61,793 nucleotides of DNA, filler included, from 7 parts of 7 records of this genome joined end to end with filler, not necessarily neighbours in it, one strand, 5' to 3'; counted from the first letter of the whole stretch, positions 1 through 11,294 are shown. Made by a program: numbers and translations. The notes: generated from the letters alone by a model not told the origin.

Positions 1-102
1 TTTTTGGCCTTATATACTGTCCGCACCCTCCACACGCGCACACAGTAGACTTTCACCACCGCGCCGCGCTAGGCATCCCCAAACCGCAACAAGGACACTT
101 CC

Positions 103-498
103 ATGGGCTTTATCCTGCGCTGGCTCTGCGCCTTCCTTCTCTTGGCCGCCACCTTCAACCCCACCCAGTATAACTACGTCTCATGGGTGCGCAGCTACGG
201 CGATGACAACCTCTCCATCGCCGTCCTTGCCGGGTTGATCCTGTGCATCGGCTATATCATCTATCTGCGCGCCACCCTGCGTTCGATCGGCGCTTTGGGC
301 ATAATGCTGGTGATGGCTGTGGTCGGTGCCTGCCTTTGGGTCCTCTATGATTTCGAAGTCTTGCGACTGGATGATGCCACATTCAACCTCTGGCTCGGGC
401 TGGCTGCACTCAGCTTTGTCCTGGGAATCGGCCTCAGCTGGAGCCATGTGCGCCGCGCCCTCTCCGGTCAGGCCGATATGGATGATGTTGACGAATAG
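103..498 (+). CDS. Small multi-pass membrane protein (DUF6524-like, alphaproteobacterial)
   Basis: 131 aa with about 4 hydrophobic segments, 'ATFNPT..NY' and 'LSWSHVRRALSGQAD.DD' ends; AAGGA upstream. Confidence 0.7.
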   Translation: MGFILRWLCAFLLLAATFNPTQYNYVSWVRSYGDDNLSIAVLAGLILCIGYIIYLRATLRSIGALGIMLVMAVVGACLWVLYDFEVLRLDDATFNLWLGLAALSFVLGIGLSWSHVRRALSGQADMDDVDE

Positions 499-542
499 CG
501 GGACGGCGGGCGGGGCGATTTGGCCCTTGGCCAACAGCGCCG

Positions 543-857
543 TCAGGCACCCGCCAGTTTCACCGGCATTCCATGTGGCGTGCTGAGATAGGCCGCTTCC
601 CAGGCATCACGCAGCATGCGCAGTTCCGCAGGGGCTGCCATGCCGATCTCGGCCAGAAACCCTTCCAAAGTTTCCAGCCAGGCGGCAAAATAATCCTCGC
701 CGCCATTCAATTCCCGCGCTACTCCGTGCTGCTTCAATGTTGCACCAAAACGTTCCGCCCAGGCCCCCCATTCAAAATGTCCCGCCTCGTTCAGGTGGAC
801 GGTCAAGGCAAAGACCTGCGCATGCCAGGGTGCCTCAAAAACTGGTTCCGGCTTCAT
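543..857 (-). CDS. Nitrile hydratase accessory (activator) protein
   Basis: 'PVFEAPWHAQVFALTVHL...F.W..W' and 'YF.AWL..LE' motifs; ATG at 857 overlaps the beta-subunit stop (ATGA). Confidence 0.9.
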   Translation of the reverse strand: MKPEPVFEAPWHAQVFALTVHLNEAGHFEWGAWAERFGATLKQHGVARELNGGEDYFAAWLETLEGFLAEIGMAAPAELRMLRDAWEAAYLSTPHGMPVKLAGA

Positions 858-1531
858 GTTGCTGCCGTCAGGTAGCTTTGCCACATGTCCACAACCACCT
901 CGTCATGAGGGTGTTCTGGATGTGCCCATAGTTCAGCAGCCGCAAACACCACCGCATAAAGCGGCTCTGGCGCTTCGCCACCGCCATGCGCATTGCTGTC
1001 AGGAAACACATGGGTGCCATGCAAGCGCAAAATCCGCCCCCGCGCCCCGGCAGCATAAGACGGCAACCGGGTATGGCCGCCGCTGACATCTGCATTATCG
1101 GCAAACCTGCGGGCCACCACCAGATCCCCTGCTGCAAAAACCGGTGCCACATCAGAAGGACGATCCACCGGCCCACCTTTGGCCAGCACCCCCGCAACCC
1201 GATCCGCATTTAACTTTCGTTCGGCCAGCGGGCTGGGTGTGGGATCAACGGTTCCTGCCAGTTCCTCACGGGTGACAACCCCCACCTGCGTCAGGACATT
1301 TGCCAATCCGCCCAGCCATTTTTCATAATAGGAAAACCGCATGTAATCCTTGGGTGACAAGGATTCGCGGGCATGGCGGGACATATCCAGATTAAACGCC
1401 CCCACCGCCCCTGTAGCCACCGTCAACGCCATCGCGCGCGGGTGCCAGTCGGCGTGAAAAATAACATCTTCAGGCTCCGGTACAACCGGACCATCACCGA
1501 AACGACCACCCATATCGTGAAGTCGGCTCAT
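854..1531 (-). CDS. nthB: Nitrile hydratase beta subunit
   Basis: MSRLHDMGG, SYYEKWL, GHTRLPSY, VFPDSNAHG motifs; GGAGG RBS before ATG at 1531. Confidence 0.95.
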   Translation of the reverse strand: MSRLHDMGGRFGDGPVVPEPEDVIFHADWHPRAMALTVATGAVGAFNLDMSRHARESLSPKDYMRFSYYEKWLGGLANVLTQVGVVTREELAGTVDPTPSPLAERKLNADRVAGVLAKGGPVDRPSDVAPVFAAGDLVVARRFADNADVSGGHTRLPSYAAGARGRILRLHGTHVFPDSNAHGGGEAPEPLYAVVFAAAELWAHPEHPHDEVVVDMWQSYLTAAT

Positions 1532-1616
1532 ATCCGTCGCCTCCACAAGCTAGGCGCCGCCAAAGCGGCGGATACACCAAATACGGCTTCAGCCCCTGTT
1601 GGATGATCAGCCCCCC

Positions 1617-2234
1617 TCATGATGCACCCGCCAGTCCAGTGCCAATCATGCTGTCGCGGCTGACCAATGCCATCAAGGCCTCTTCATCCATACCTTCCGT
1701 CCCTGCAGGGCGCTGCGGGATCACCAGATAACGCATTTCTGCGGTGCTATCCCAAACCCGCACCGCAGTTTCCTCTGGCAAAACCACCCCGAAATCCGCC
1801 AGAACCTTGCGCGGTTCCCGCACCACACGGGCGCGATAGGCGTCGGATTTATACCAGCCCGGCGGAATCCCCAGCAGGGGCCACGGGTAACAGCTGCACA
1901 GGGTACAGACGACCATATTATGCACCTTGTCGGTATTTTCCACCGCCATCATATGTTCACCCTGACGGCCATAGAAACCCAGATCCGCAACAACAGCTGT
2001 GGCATCTTTCAGCAACGCATCGCGAAACGCCGGATTGGACCAGGCCCGCGCCACGACCCGTGCCCCATTGCGCGGACCGATCTTGTTTTCATAGGTATCG
2101 ATGATTTCATCCAGCGCCGCCGGATCAATCAGACCCTTCTTGGTCAACAGGGTTTCCAACGCCTTAACCCGCAAAGCCGGGTCAGAGGGCAAAAGCGCAT
2201 GCGGGTCATCGTGTGAAGGGTGATCATGTGGCAT
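1617..2234 (-). CDS. nthA: Nitrile hydratase alpha subunit, cobalt-type
   Basis: [10 protein letters not shown] metal-binding motif (Thr/Tyr signature of Co-type); start placed at MPHDH because the longer ORF-track extension overlaps secG. Confidence 0.95.
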   Translation of the reverse strand: MPHDHPSHDDPHALLPSDPALRVKALETLLTKKGLIDPAALDEIIDTYENKIGPRNGARVVARAWSNPAFRDALLKDATAVVADLGFYGRQGEHMMAVENTDKVHNMVVCTLCSCYPWPLLGIPPGWYKSDAYRARVVREPRKVLADFGVVLPEETAVRVWDSTAEMRYLVIPQRPAGTEGMDEEALMALVSRDSMIGTGLAGAS

Positions 2235-2361
2235 GGTGCAAACCTGCCCCAGCTTTCGCGCCTTGTCCATTTGCTTTTGCCCCGATGACCGCGTTCCTCC
2301 CTTGCCCCGCAGGCCAAACATGCATAGATAGCCGCAAACGCCAATCGAAAGCAGCCTACCC

Positions 2362-2724
2362 ATGGAAAATGTCGTTCTGATCATCCACCTCTTGCTGGCC
2401 CTCGGCCTGATCGCCGTTGTGCTGATGCAACGCTCTGAGGGTGGCGGCCTTGGTATGGGTGGCGGCGGCGGCGGCGCGGTACCGGGACGTTCAGCAGCAA
2501 CCGCGCTGAGCAAGCTGACATGGATCCTTGGCGCGGCCTTTCTCGTCACATCAATTACCCTGACCATTATTGTGGCACAGAAATCTTCCGGTGCTTCGGT
2601 GATCGACCGTCTGGGTGTAACACCACCAGCGGCAACGCAGGGCGACGATACTTCAGCTCCTTCCGGTGACCTCTTGCTGCCCCCGACGGACAGTGACGCA
2701 CCTTTGGTCCCGCTTTCCGACTAA
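2362..2724 (+). CDS. secG: Preprotein translocase subunit SecG
   Basis: '[22 protein letters not shown]' and 'LSKLTWILG' motifs; upstream of pyrG. Confidence 0.93.
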   Translation: MENVVLIIHLLLALGLIAVVLMQRSEGGGLGMGGGGGGAVPGRSAATALSKLTWILGAAFLVTSITLTIIVAQKSSGASVIDRLGVTPPAATQGDDTSAPSGDLLLPPTDSDAPLVPLSD

Positions 2725-2902
2725 CCACAAACATCTAAACCTTGAGGCAATGCCATTTTTCGCAACAGGATGTTGCGGCGTGGCCTTGCTTTGCTGCGGC
2801 GAATCCTGCTATTCTTAAATCCCGTGATGGTGCGGCTTTAAGAGCATGCAACCGGCGGAGATTCCGCATACATCTAAGAATTTCACGGGGGTCTTCGGGC
2901 AC

Positions 2903-4549
2903 ATGGCACGCTATATTTTCATCACCGGCGGTGTGGTTTCATCCCTTGGCAAAGGTCTCGCCTCTGCCGCCTTGGGGGCCCTGTTGCAAGCGCGTGGGTT
3001 TTCCGTCCGACTGCGCAAACTTGATCCCTATCTGAACGTCGATCCCGGCACGATGAGCCCGTTTGAACATGGTGAGGTTTTTGTCACCGACGATGGTGCG
3101 GAAACCGATCTGGATCTGGGTCATTACGAACGCTTCACCGGTGTGCCCGCGCGGATGACCGATTCCGTTTCCTCCGGGCGGATCTATTCCACCGTGCTGG
3201 AGAAAGAGCGCCGCGGTGACTATCTGGGGAAAACCATTCAGGTGGTCCCGCATGTAACGAATGAAATCAAAGACTTCCTAAAAATCGGCGATGATGAGGT
3301 TGATTTCATGCTCTGTGAAATCGGCGGCACCGTGGGTGACATCGAAGGGCTGCCCTTCTTTGAGGCGATCCGCCAGTTCTCCCACGACAAGCCACGCGGC
3401 CAGTGCATTTTCATGCATCTGACCCTGCTGCCCTATCTGGCCGCCTCGGGCGAATTGAAAACCAAACCAACCCAACACTCGGTCAAAGAATTGCAAAGCA
3501 TCGGCATTGCACCGGACATTCTGGTCTGCCGCTCTGAACAGCCGATCCCGGAGAAAGAGCGCGAGAAGATTGCCCTGTTCTGTAACGTGCGCAAGGAACA
3601 TGTAGTCGCGGCTTATGATCTGAAATCCATCTATGAGGCCCCGCTGGCCTATCACGCGCAGGGTCTGGATCAGGCGGTGCTGGATGCCTTTGACATATCC
3701 CCCGCCCCCAAACCCGATCTGAACGTCTGGCATGATGTCTATGACCGTGTGCACAACCCCGAAGGTGAGGTGCGTGTCGCCATTGTCGGTAAATACACAC
3801 AGCTTGAAGACGCCTATAAATCCATTGCCGAGGCGCTGACCCACGGCGGCATGGCCAATCGCGTCAAAGTCAAGATCGACTGGGTCGATGCAGAGGTCTT
3901 TGACAGCAGCGAAGACGTGGCCACCCACCTTGAAGGATTCCACGCGATTCTGGTGCCTGGCGGCTTTGGCGAGCGCGGCACCGAAGGCAAGATCAAGGCG
4001 GCACAATACGCCCGCGAGCAAAAGGTGCCCTACCTTGGTATCTGTCTGGGCATGCAGATGGCGGTAATCGAAGCGGCCCGCAATGTCGCCGGTGTGAAAA
4101 CCGCCGGCTCCGAAGAATTCGACCATGAGGCCGGGAAAAAGCGTTTTGAGCCAGTGGTGTACCACCTGAAAGAATGGGTACAGGGCAATCACAAGGTCGA
4201 ACGCAAGGTCGGCGACGACAAGGGCGGCACCATGCGATTGGGTGCCTATGACGCAACCCTGACCCCCGGGTCACGCGTCGCCGAAGCCTATGGCACCACC
4301 ACCATTGATGAACGCCACCGCCACCGCTACGAGGTCGATGTTGCCTATAAGGACCAGTTGGAGAAAGCCGGTCTGGTCTTTTCCGGCATGTCCCCCGATG
4401 GCAAACTGCCAGAGATTGTCGAATGGCCGGATCACCCGTGGTTCATCGGGGTACAGTTCCACCCGGAACTGAAATCGAAACCCTTTGACCCCCACCCGCT
4501 GTTCAAGGATTTCGTCCGCGCCGCAAAAGACATGTCGCGGCTGGTGTGA
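2903..4549 (+). CDS. pyrG: CTP synthase
   Basis: [38 protein letters not shown]. Confidence 0.98.
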   Translation: MARYIFITGGVVSSLGKGLASAALGALLQARGFSVRLRKLDPYLNVDPGTMSPFEHGEVFVTDDGAETDLDLGHYERFTGVPARMTDSVSSGRIYSTVLEKERRGDYLGKTIQVVPHVTNEIKDFLKIGDDEVDFMLCEIGGTVGDIEGLPFFEAIRQFSHDKPRGQCIFMHLTLLPYLAASGELKTKPTQHSVKELQSIGIAPDILVCRSEQPIPEKEREKIALFCNVRKEHVVAAYDLKSIYEAPLAYHAQGLDQAVLDAFDISPAPKPDLNVWHDVYDRVHNPEGEVRVAIVGKYTQLEDAYKSIAEALTHGGMANRVKVKIDWVDAEVFDSSEDVATHLEGFHAILVPGGFGERGTEGKIKAAQYAREQKVPYLGICLGMQMAVIEAARNVAGVKTAGSEEFDHEAGKKRFEPVVYHLKEWVQGNHKVERKVGDDKGGTMRLGAYDATLTPGSRVAEAYGTTTIDERHRHRYEVDVAYKDQLEKAGLVFSGMSPDGKLPEIVEWPDHPWFIGVQFHPELKSKPFDPHPLFKDFVRAAKDMSRLV

Positions 4550-4637
4550 CCTCCGTGCTGGTATGACATCCAGTACAATTTAACATTTCATGTCGAAACG
4601 CTTGCTGGTGTTTCGACGTCCCCGGCAAAGGTGACAG

Positions 4638-5414
4638 ATGCTTTCATACCAACACATCTATCACGCCGGAAATCTGGCAGACGTCCATAAGCACGGGCTG
4701 CTGGCCTGGATGCTGGAATATCTCACGCGTAAAGACAAACCGCTGACCTATATCGAAACCCATGGCGGGCGGGCGATTTATGACCTGACCGATGCGGCTG
4801 CCCGCAAGACCGGCGAGGCCGCGCAGGGCATCGAAAAGACGCGGCACTGGTTTGGCACCAAACACCCTTTTACTCTTGTTTTGCAACAGGTTGCGGCGAG
4901 TGACGGGGCCGATAGCTATCCCGGCTCTCCATTGATCGCGGCAAGCCTGCTGCGCCCCACCGACAGCATTCATCTGGCTGAATTGCATCCCCAAGAACAT
5001 GCCGCGCTAACCTTGGCGATGTCGCCCTATCCCGCAAAAATCCATCTGCGTGACGGGTTTGATATGGCCCATGGGCTGACCCCGCCAACCCCACGCCGCG
5101 GCATGATGCTGATCGATCCCAGCTATGAAATCAAAGACGACTACCTTACCATCCCGCGCCATATCGCCAAATTCACCCGCGCGTGGAATGTCGGCATTAT
5201 TGCCCTGTGGTATCCGATCCTTACCAACAAGGCCCATCTGCCGATGCTTGACGCCATGATGGCCGACCACCCGCAAGCGATGCGCCATGAGGTCCGCTTC
5301 CCCCCTGCCCGTCCCGGTCACGGTATGGTCGGATCCGGCATGTTCGTGATAAATCCGCCTTACGGGCTGGACGTCGAAGCCGGCAAGCTCAGCCAGAAAT
5401 TCAACACGCTTTAA
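4638..5414 (+). CDS. rlmJ: 23S rRNA (adenine2030-N6)-methyltransferase
   Basis: MLSYQHIYHAGNLADVHKH, YPGSP, ELHP, LIDPSYE, WYP, GSGM..INPP. Confidence 0.93.
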   Translation: MLSYQHIYHAGNLADVHKHGLLAWMLEYLTRKDKPLTYIETHGGRAIYDLTDAAARKTGEAAQGIEKTRHWFGTKHPFTLVLQQVAASDGADSYPGSPLIAASLLRPTDSIHLAELHPQEHAALTLAMSPYPAKIHLRDGFDMAHGLTPPTPRRGMMLIDPSYEIKDDYLTIPRHIAKFTRAWNVGIIALWYPILTNKAHLPMLDAMMADHPQAMRHEVRFPPARPGHGMVGSGMFVINPPYGLDVEAGKLSQKFNTL

Positions 5415-5426
5415 AGGGAGGCCCCC

Positions 5427-5720
5427 ATGCCCAAAGGATACTGGATCGCCACGATGGACGTGAAAGACGCTGCGGTTTATGATACCTATCGCGCCGCGAA
5501 CGCCAAACCATTGGCCGATTATGGTGCGCGTTTTGTGGTGCGCGGCGGCACACAGATCCAGACCGAAGGCACATGGCGCAGCCGTACTGTGGTCATCGAA
5601 TTCGCCAGCTACGCCGATGCCATCGCCTGTTACGAAAGCGAGGCCTATCAAGCGGCCAAGGACATCCGCGTCCCTGTTGCAGACAACAACATGGTAATTG
5701 TCGAAGGCTACGAAAACTAG
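5427..5720 (+). CDS. DUF1330 family protein
   Basis: 'YGARFVVRGG...EG....RTVVIEF.SY..A...Y.S..YQ.A...R' pattern; GGGAGG RBS. Confidence 0.88.
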   Translation: MPKGYWIATMDVKDAAVYDTYRAANAKPLADYGARFVVRGGTQIQTEGTWRSRTVVIEFASYADAIACYESEAYQAAKDIRVPVADNNMVIVEGYEN

Positions 5721-5771
5721 CACTTTTCAAGAATCACGCCAATGGCCGCAAAACTGTGCTAAGCTGCTGCC

Positions 5772-6422
5772 ATGATCCGTTTGGCGGCCCTCATTCTGGC
5801 TCTGACCCCAAGCGCGGCACTGGCCTGCGGCGCGCCAGTTTGCCTTGTTGATCCCGCCAGCCTGAGCCTGACCCGGATCATCACCTTTGAGGATCAACGA
5901 TCCGGTGCTGGACCGGGCCATAATATTGATGAGGTCTTGCCCTTGCTTGGGGCCACCTTTGGCGAACATTTCGCGGGGCAAAGCGTGACCGCACGCGGGG
6001 CCCATGACGAGATATTCGGTGATGCTTTCTCCCCTTTGACCCTGATGGCGGGACCTGCAGGGCAGAACCTTTCGCTGGTCAATTTCGCAGGCAACACAGT
6101 GTTGAACGGATATGGCCGTGCGGGTTTCCCCAAGCGTAACGGACAGGGCGAAGGCGCGATCGCGGTGCTGTTCGATCAGGACCAATCCGCCCTTGCCTTT
6201 GATCTGCGCGGCGGTGAGGACGGTGCCGCGCTGGTGCATTTTTACCGCCGGGATGGCAGTTTTATCGGACCTGTAGCGATCCAGCCGACCGGTGAATTTG
6301 CTGTCGCCTTCCTGCGTTCGGGCGGGCATGCGGACATTGCGGGTTTTATTGTCACAAATACTGACCCTCAAGGGCTGGCAATGGACAGTTTACGCTTTGG
6401 AAAACCACCCGACTTGAGTTAA
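5772..6422 (+). CDS. Secreted hypothetical protein
   Basis: N-terminal signal peptide (MIRLAALILALTPSAALA), 216 aa, co-oriented with neighbours. Confidence 0.65.
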   Translation: MIRLAALILALTPSAALACGAPVCLVDPASLSLTRIITFEDQRSGAGPGHNIDEVLPLLGATFGEHFAGQSVTARGAHDEIFGDAFSPLTLMAGPAGQNLSLVNFAGNTVLNGYGRAGFPKRNGQGEGAIAVLFDQDQSALAFDLRGGEDGAALVHFYRRDGSFIGPVAIQPTGEFAVAFLRSGGHADIAGFIVTNTDPQGLAMDSLRFGKPPDLS

Positions 6423-6433
6423 CGATTGTTGTT

Positions 6434-6871
6434 ATGTTTGAACGTCTCTTTCCCCGCCGTGTCCCGGAACCGAAACCTCTGCCCCAGCCCAACGCCCAGC
6501 TTGCACTGGGTGCATTACTGGTGCGGGTGGCTTTTGCGGACAGTAATTACCGTGCAACCGAGATCGGCCAGATTGACCGCATCCTGTCGCGTACTTTCAA
6601 CATCGGCCCAATTGAGGCTGCGAAACTGCGTGCCACCGCCGAAGCACTGCAACGCGATGCACCGGAAACCCCGGAATTTGCCCGCATCCTGCGCGAAGAG
6701 GTCGATTATGCCCACAGGCTGGCATTGGGCGAGGCCATGTGGTCCGTTGCCCTTGCCGACGGGCATCGTCATGAAAAAGAGGAAATTCAGCTGCTGGCCA
6801 TCGAAACCGCGCTGGGGTTGACCGATCAGGACATTGAAGATCTGCGCGAAAAGGCAACGCGGGCACGCTGA
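6434..6871 (+). CDS. TerB family protein
   Basis: 'ALGALLVRVAFAD..Y...E' and 'MWSVALADG.RH..E' motifs. Confidence 0.85.
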   Translation: MFERLFPRRVPEPKPLPQPNAQLALGALLVRVAFADSNYRATEIGQIDRILSRTFNIGPIEAAKLRATAEALQRDAPETPEFARILREEVDYAHRLALGEAMWSVALADGHRHEKEEIQLLAIETALGLTDQDIEDLREKATRAR

Positions 6872-6907
6872 CTTGGCCTTTTGGTTCGGTGCCCCTATAT
6901 GGACCTC

Positions 6908-7348
6908 ATGTTTGGTGATTTTCTAAAACGGCTGACACAGCCCGACCCCGCCCCGCTGGCCGATTCTGACGCGCGCCTGGCCCTGACGGCCCTTTTGGTC
7001 CGTGTCGCACGGTCCGACAATGACTATGCGACGTCCGAGGCCCGGCTGATCGAAGAGATTGCCGCCACACGCTATGGGTTGGATGCGGCGCAAGCGCGAG
7101 ATTTGCGCAGCCAAGGCGAAGCGCTTGAGCGCGAGGCCCCTGATACCGTCCGCTTTACCCGCGCCATTAAGGAAGCCGTTGCTTATGAGGACCGGTTGGC
7201 CGTGATCGAAGCACTTTGGCAGGTGGTGCTGGCTGATGGCACCCGTTCTGACGAGGAAAACGCATTGTTGCGCCTTGTGGCCAATCTGCTGGGTGTGACA
7301 GACACCGACAGCCATACCGCCCGTCAGCGCGTGGCACAGAGCAGCTAG
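6908..7348 (+). CDS. TerB family protein (second paralog)
   Basis: 'ALTALLVRVARSD..Y...E', 'DTVRFTRAIK', 'LWQVVLADG.RS.EE'. Confidence 0.85.
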   Translation: MFGDFLKRLTQPDPAPLADSDARLALTALLVRVARSDNDYATSEARLIEEIAATRYGLDAAQARDLRSQGEALEREAPDTVRFTRAIKEAVAYEDRLAVIEALWQVVLADGTRSDEENALLRLVANLLGVTDTDSHTARQRVAQSS

Positions 7349-7459
7349 GGGCGCAGATGGCCTGACTTCGGGTCAGGTTGACTGTCATATTACCGAATCC
7401 GTTGCAATTGGTGGCGTTTTGCCCCCTTATCTTTGTGCAAGCAGCAAGAGTACCCCTGA

Positions 7460-8236
7460 GTGAGCACACCGCCCCCTGTCATACAGATCGACGGCCTGCA
7501 TAAGGCCTATGGTGCATTGGAAGTCTTGAAAGGCGTCAGCCTGTCCGCCCCGCGCGGGCATGTGATATCGCTGATCGGCTCTTCTGGGTCCGGCAAATCC
7601 ACCTTGCTGCGCTGCTGTAACCTGCTGGAAGACAGCCAACAGGGCGACATCCTGTTCAAAGGCGAACCTTTGACCTGGAAAGGCACGGGCCACGACCGCC
7701 GCCCCTCCGATGCAGAACAGGTGCTGCGCATCCGTACAAACCTGTCGATGGTGTTTCAGCAGTTTAACCTCTGGGCCCATATGACGATCTTGCAAAACGT
7801 CATGGAAGCGCCGCTGACCGTCTTGCGCCGGGACCGCGCCGAGGTCGAGAAAGCTGCGCGCGGGTATCTCGACAAGGTTGGCATCGGTGACAAATGTGAC
7901 GTCTATCCGGCCCAGCTTTCCGGTGGCCAGCAGCAGCGGGCCGCAATTGCGCGGGCTCTGTGCATGGAGCCCGAGGCGCTGTTGTTTGATGAACCGACAT
8001 CAGCGCTGGATCCAGAGCTGGAACAGGAAGTTGTCAAGGTGATCAAGGATCTGGCCACCGAAGGGCGCACCATGATCATCGTGACCCACGACATGAAACT
8101 GGCCGCAGATGTTTCCGATCAGGTGATTTTCCTGCATCAGGGCCTGATCGAAGAACAAGGGTCGCCGGATGTATTGTTCGGCGCACCCAAATCAGAACGC
8201 TTGCGCGGGTTCCTATCGGCAACCCTAGCGACGTAA
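7460..8236 (+). CDS. Polar amino-acid ABC transporter ATP-binding subunit (HisP/AotP-like)
   Basis: Walker [29 protein letters not shown]. Confidence 0.93.
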   Translation: MSTPPPVIQIDGLHKAYGALEVLKGVSLSAPRGHVISLIGSSGSGKSTLLRCCNLLEDSQQGDILFKGEPLTWKGTGHDRRPSDAEQVLRIRTNLSMVFQQFNLWAHMTILQNVMEAPLTVLRRDRAEVEKAARGYLDKVGIGDKCDVYPAQLSGGQQQRAAIARALCMEPEALLFDEPTSALDPELEQEVVKVIKDLATEGRTMIIVTHDMKLAADVSDQVIFLHQGLIEEQGSPDVLFGAPKSERLRGFLSATLAT

Positions 8237-8266
8237 ACAAAAAAACCAAAAACGGGAGACTACCAC

Positions 8267-9004
8267 ATGAAGAAGATCATTCTTTCCACTGTTGCGCTTG
8301 CACTCACAGCCGGTGTTGCCATGGCTGACGGTCACGGCAAAACCATCCGCATGGGGACCGAAGGTGCCTACCCTCCCTATAACTTCCTCAACGACGCAGG
8401 CGAGGTTGACGGTTATGAGCGCGAATTGGGCGACGAGATGTGCAAACGCGCCGAGCTGACCTGTGAATGGGTTACAAACGAATGGGACAGCATCATCCCG
8501 AACCTGACGTCAGGCAACTACGACACCATCATTGCAGGCATGTCGATCACGGACGAGCGCGATGAAGTGATTGATTTCACTCAGAACTATTTCCCGCCAG
8601 CAGCCTCTGCCTATATGGCGAAATCTGCGGATGCGGATCTGAAAGGTGGCGTGATTGCCGCACAGACCAGCACAATCCAGGCGGGATATGTGGCAGAATC
8701 CGGTGCAACCCTGTTGGAATTCGCAACCTATGACGACACCGTGGCCGCTGTTATGTCCGGTGAAGCGGATGCGGTATTTGCCGACAAGGACGCCTTGGCC
8801 CCAACCGTTGAAGCCTCCGGCGGCGAGTTGATCTTTGCTGGCGACGACGTGCCTTTGGGCGGCGGCATCGGCATGGGTCTGCGTGAAAGCGACACAGAAC
8901 TGAAAGAGAAGTTCAACGCGGCCATTACCTCGATGAAAGAGGACGGCACAATCAACGCGGCAATCGTCAAATGGTTTGGCGAAGACGCCAAGGTTTTTGA
9001 ATAA
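8267..9004 (+). CDS. Polar amino-acid ABC transporter substrate-binding protein
   Basis: Signal peptide, GTEGAYPPYN, WDSIIP.L, GMSITDER. Confidence 0.93.
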   Translation: MKKIILSTVALALTAGVAMADGHGKTIRMGTEGAYPPYNFLNDAGEVDGYERELGDEMCKRAELTCEWVTNEWDSIIPNLTSGNYDTIIAGMSITDERDEVIDFTQNYFPPAASAYMAKSADADLKGGVIAAQTSTIQAGYVAESGATLLEFATYDDTVAAVMSGEADAVFADKDALAPTVEASGGELIFAGDDVPLGGGIGMGLRESDTELKEKFNAAITSMKEDGTINAAIVKWFGEDAKVFE

Positions 9005-9013
9005 TCCAGATTT

Positions 9014-9040
9014 GGGGCGGGCCTTGGGCCTGCCCCTTTT
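9014..9040 (+). terminator. Intra-operon hairpin / intrinsic terminator
   Basis: GC-rich hairpin GGGGCGGGCCTTGGGCCTGCCCC followed by TTTT, just after the binding-protein gene. Confidence 0.6.
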
Positions 9041-9096
9041 ACCTATGTTTCTGATCCCCAGCCATATCCCTCACCTCGCGCAGCAAAGCCTGCGTC

Positions 9097-9699
9097 ATGT
9101 TTGAGTATTGTATTGATCCCCCCTCCCTTGAGGGGCTGAAATGGCTGAGCTGTTATCTCACCACCGGCAAACATCTGGCCTTCTATTCGGCCTTTGGCAC
9201 GGTGCTGTTGCTGCTGGCGATCACTGCGCCCACCGCCTTGGCTTTCGGCTTTGGCGGTGCGATGGCAGCGCGGGCGCGATTTGCCCCGCTACGCTGGTTT
9301 GGCAAGGGGTATATCGCCGTTGTGCGCGGCGTGCCGGACATTGCATTCTTTCTGTTTTTCGTCATCGCACTGGATCAGGGGCTGGAATACCTGCGCCACA
9401 AGATGAAATGCCCCGACTGGGATGAGCCCCTCCGTCAGGGCAGTGACTTCATTGTTTGTCAGGCCGCAAAAATGCCGCTGGGGAACGCGCCACAATGGGT
9501 GCATGAGGTCTATGGGTTTTCCCTTGCCGTTGTGACATTCGCCATTGTTTTCGGGGCCTTTGCCGCCAATGTGCTTTATGGAGCCATGCGTGCTGTGCCC
9601 CGTGCACAGGTGGAAACCGCCGAGGCTTACGGCATGACGCCGCGCCAGACCTTCTGGCGTATCACCGTGCCGCAAATGTGGGTCTATGCCCTGCCCGGC
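9097..9699 (+). CDS. Polar amino-acid ABC transporter permease (3' truncated by contig end)
   Basis: 'Y..VVRGVP', EAA-like loop 'QVETAEAYGM', 'PQMW..ALPG'. Confidence 0.9.
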
Positions 9700-9799
9700 N
9701 NNNNNNNNNNNNNNNNNNNNNNNNNNNNNNNNNNNNNNNNNNNTTAATTAATTAANNNNNNNNNNNNNNNNNNNNNNNNNNNNNNNNNNNNNNNNNNNN
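9700..9799. other. Artificial contig spacer
   Basis: 100 nt: N-run, TTAATTAATTAA, N-run. Confidence 0.99.
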
Positions 9800-11224
9800 A
9801 TGAAGGTCTCCGACCCGATCATCTTTGGCCATGCGGTCAAGGCCTTCCTTGCGCCGGTATTTGAAAAGCATGGCACCGCGATGGCCGATCTGGGAGTGAA
9901 CCCGAACAGCGGCCTTGGCGATCTGCTGGCCCGCGTGAAGGACAACACCGAAATCATGGCGGATATCGACGCCTGCATGGCCGCGCGCCCGCCAATGTAT
10001 ATGGTGGATTCCGACAAGGGCATCACCAACCTCCATGTCTCCTCTGACGTGATTATCGACGCCTCCATGCCAGCGCTGATCCGCGCAGGCGGCAAAGGTT
10101 GGGGACCAACGGGCGAAGAATCTGACGCCAATTGTGTGATCCCGGACAACTCCTATGCGCCGGTCTATGATGAGACGATCAAGTTCTTCAAAGAAAACGG
10201 TAAAATGAACCCGGCCACCGCGGGCACCGTTCAGAACATCGGGTTGATGGCACAAAAGGCCGAGGAATACGGCTCCCACCCCACCACCTTCGAGATTGCC
10301 GAAGCGGGCACCGTCAAGATGATCCTTGAGGATGGCACTGTATTGCACAGCCATGAGGTCGAGGCTGGCGATATCTGGCGCTCTGCCTCCGCACGCAAGG
10401 CCCCGATCGAAGACTGGGTGAACCTTGCCATCGACCGTCAAAAGGCCGAAGGCTGCCGCGCGATTTTCTGGCTTGATGCAAACCGCCCCCATGATGCAGA
10501 GCTGATCAAATACGTCGAACCGATTTTGCAAGCCAAAGGTGTCGCGGATAAGTTTGAGATCATGGCCCCGCGCGAGGCGACACGCGCCTCTTTCGAGACC
10601 ATCACCGAAGGCAAAAACACCATCGCCATCACCGGCAACGTATTGCGCGATTACCTGACCGACCTGTTCCCGATCCTCGAACTGGCCACTTCTGCCAAGA
10701 TGCTGTCGATTGTGAAACTGATGAACGGCGGCGGCCTGTTTGAAACAGGTGCCGGTGGTTCGGCCCCAAAACATGTTCAGCAGTTGCAGGAGGAAAACCA
10801 CCTGCGCTGGGACAGCCTTGGCGAATTCTGCGCGCTGGGTGAAAGCCTGACTTTCCTTGCCGATGCCAAAGGCAACGAGAAAGCCCGCGTGTTGGGCCAG
10901 GCGGTGGATGCCGCGACCCAAGGTATCCTTGATCATGGCCGTTCCCCTTCGCGCAAAGTGGGCGAACCGGACAACCGCGACAGCCACTACTGGTTTGCCC
11001 GCTATTGGGCCGAAGCCCTCGCGCGTCAAAACAGCGATGCGGAGCTTGCCGCACATTTCGCCCCGATTGCCGAAGCACTGGCAGGTGGGGAAGAACAGAT
11101 CCTGTCTGAATTGGCAGCGGCGCAAGGCCCAGCGGTGGATCTGGGTGGCTATTACCACGGCGACGCGGCCAAAACCGCCGCAGTGATGCGCCCGTCCGAG
11201 ACGTTGAACAGCATCATCGGGTAA
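9800..11224 (+). CDS. icd: Monomeric NADP-dependent isocitrate dehydrogenase (5' truncated)
   Basis: [48 protein letters not shown]. Confidence 0.96.
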   Translation: MKVSDPIIFGHAVKAFLAPVFEKHGTAMADLGVNPNSGLGDLLARVKDNTEIMADIDACMAARPPMYMVDSDKGITNLHVSSDVIIDASMPALIRAGGKGWGPTGEESDANCVIPDNSYAPVYDETIKFFKENGKMNPATAGTVQNIGLMAQKAEEYGSHPTTFEIAEAGTVKMILEDGTVLHSHEVEAGDIWRSASARKAPIEDWVNLAIDRQKAEGCRAIFWLDANRPHDAELIKYVEPILQAKGVADKFEIMAPREATRASFETITEGKNTIAITGNVLRDYLTDLFPILELATSAKMLSIVKLMNGGGLFETGAGGSAPKHVQQLQEENHLRWDSLGEFCALGESLTFLADAKGNEKARVLGQAVDAATQGILDHGRSPSRKVGEPDNRDSHYWFARYWAEALARQNSDAELAAHFAPIAEALAGGEEQILSELAAAQGPAVDLGGYYHGDAAKTAAVMRPSETLNSIIG

Positions 11225-11241
11225 AACCGGATAAACAAATC

Positions 11242-11280
11242 AAAAGGGCCGCGCATCATCACTGAAGCGCGGCCCTTTTT
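11242..11280. terminator. Bidirectional intrinsic terminator
   Basis: AAAAGGGCCGCGC...GCGCGGCCCTTTTT between convergent icd and DMT genes. Confidence 0.8.
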
Positions 11281-11294
11281 CGTTTAAGGAGAAA

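Noticed and set aside
9744-9755. TTAATTAATTAA palindrome repeated six times in the window
   Set aside because: Artificial all-frame-stop linker inside N-runs; not a biological repeat or CRISPR array
9752-11158. 468-aa antisense ORF over icd, and similar ones over pyrG, fumC, the P450 pair and rne
   Set aside because: Shadow ORFs expected from GC-rich codon bias opposite well-supported genes
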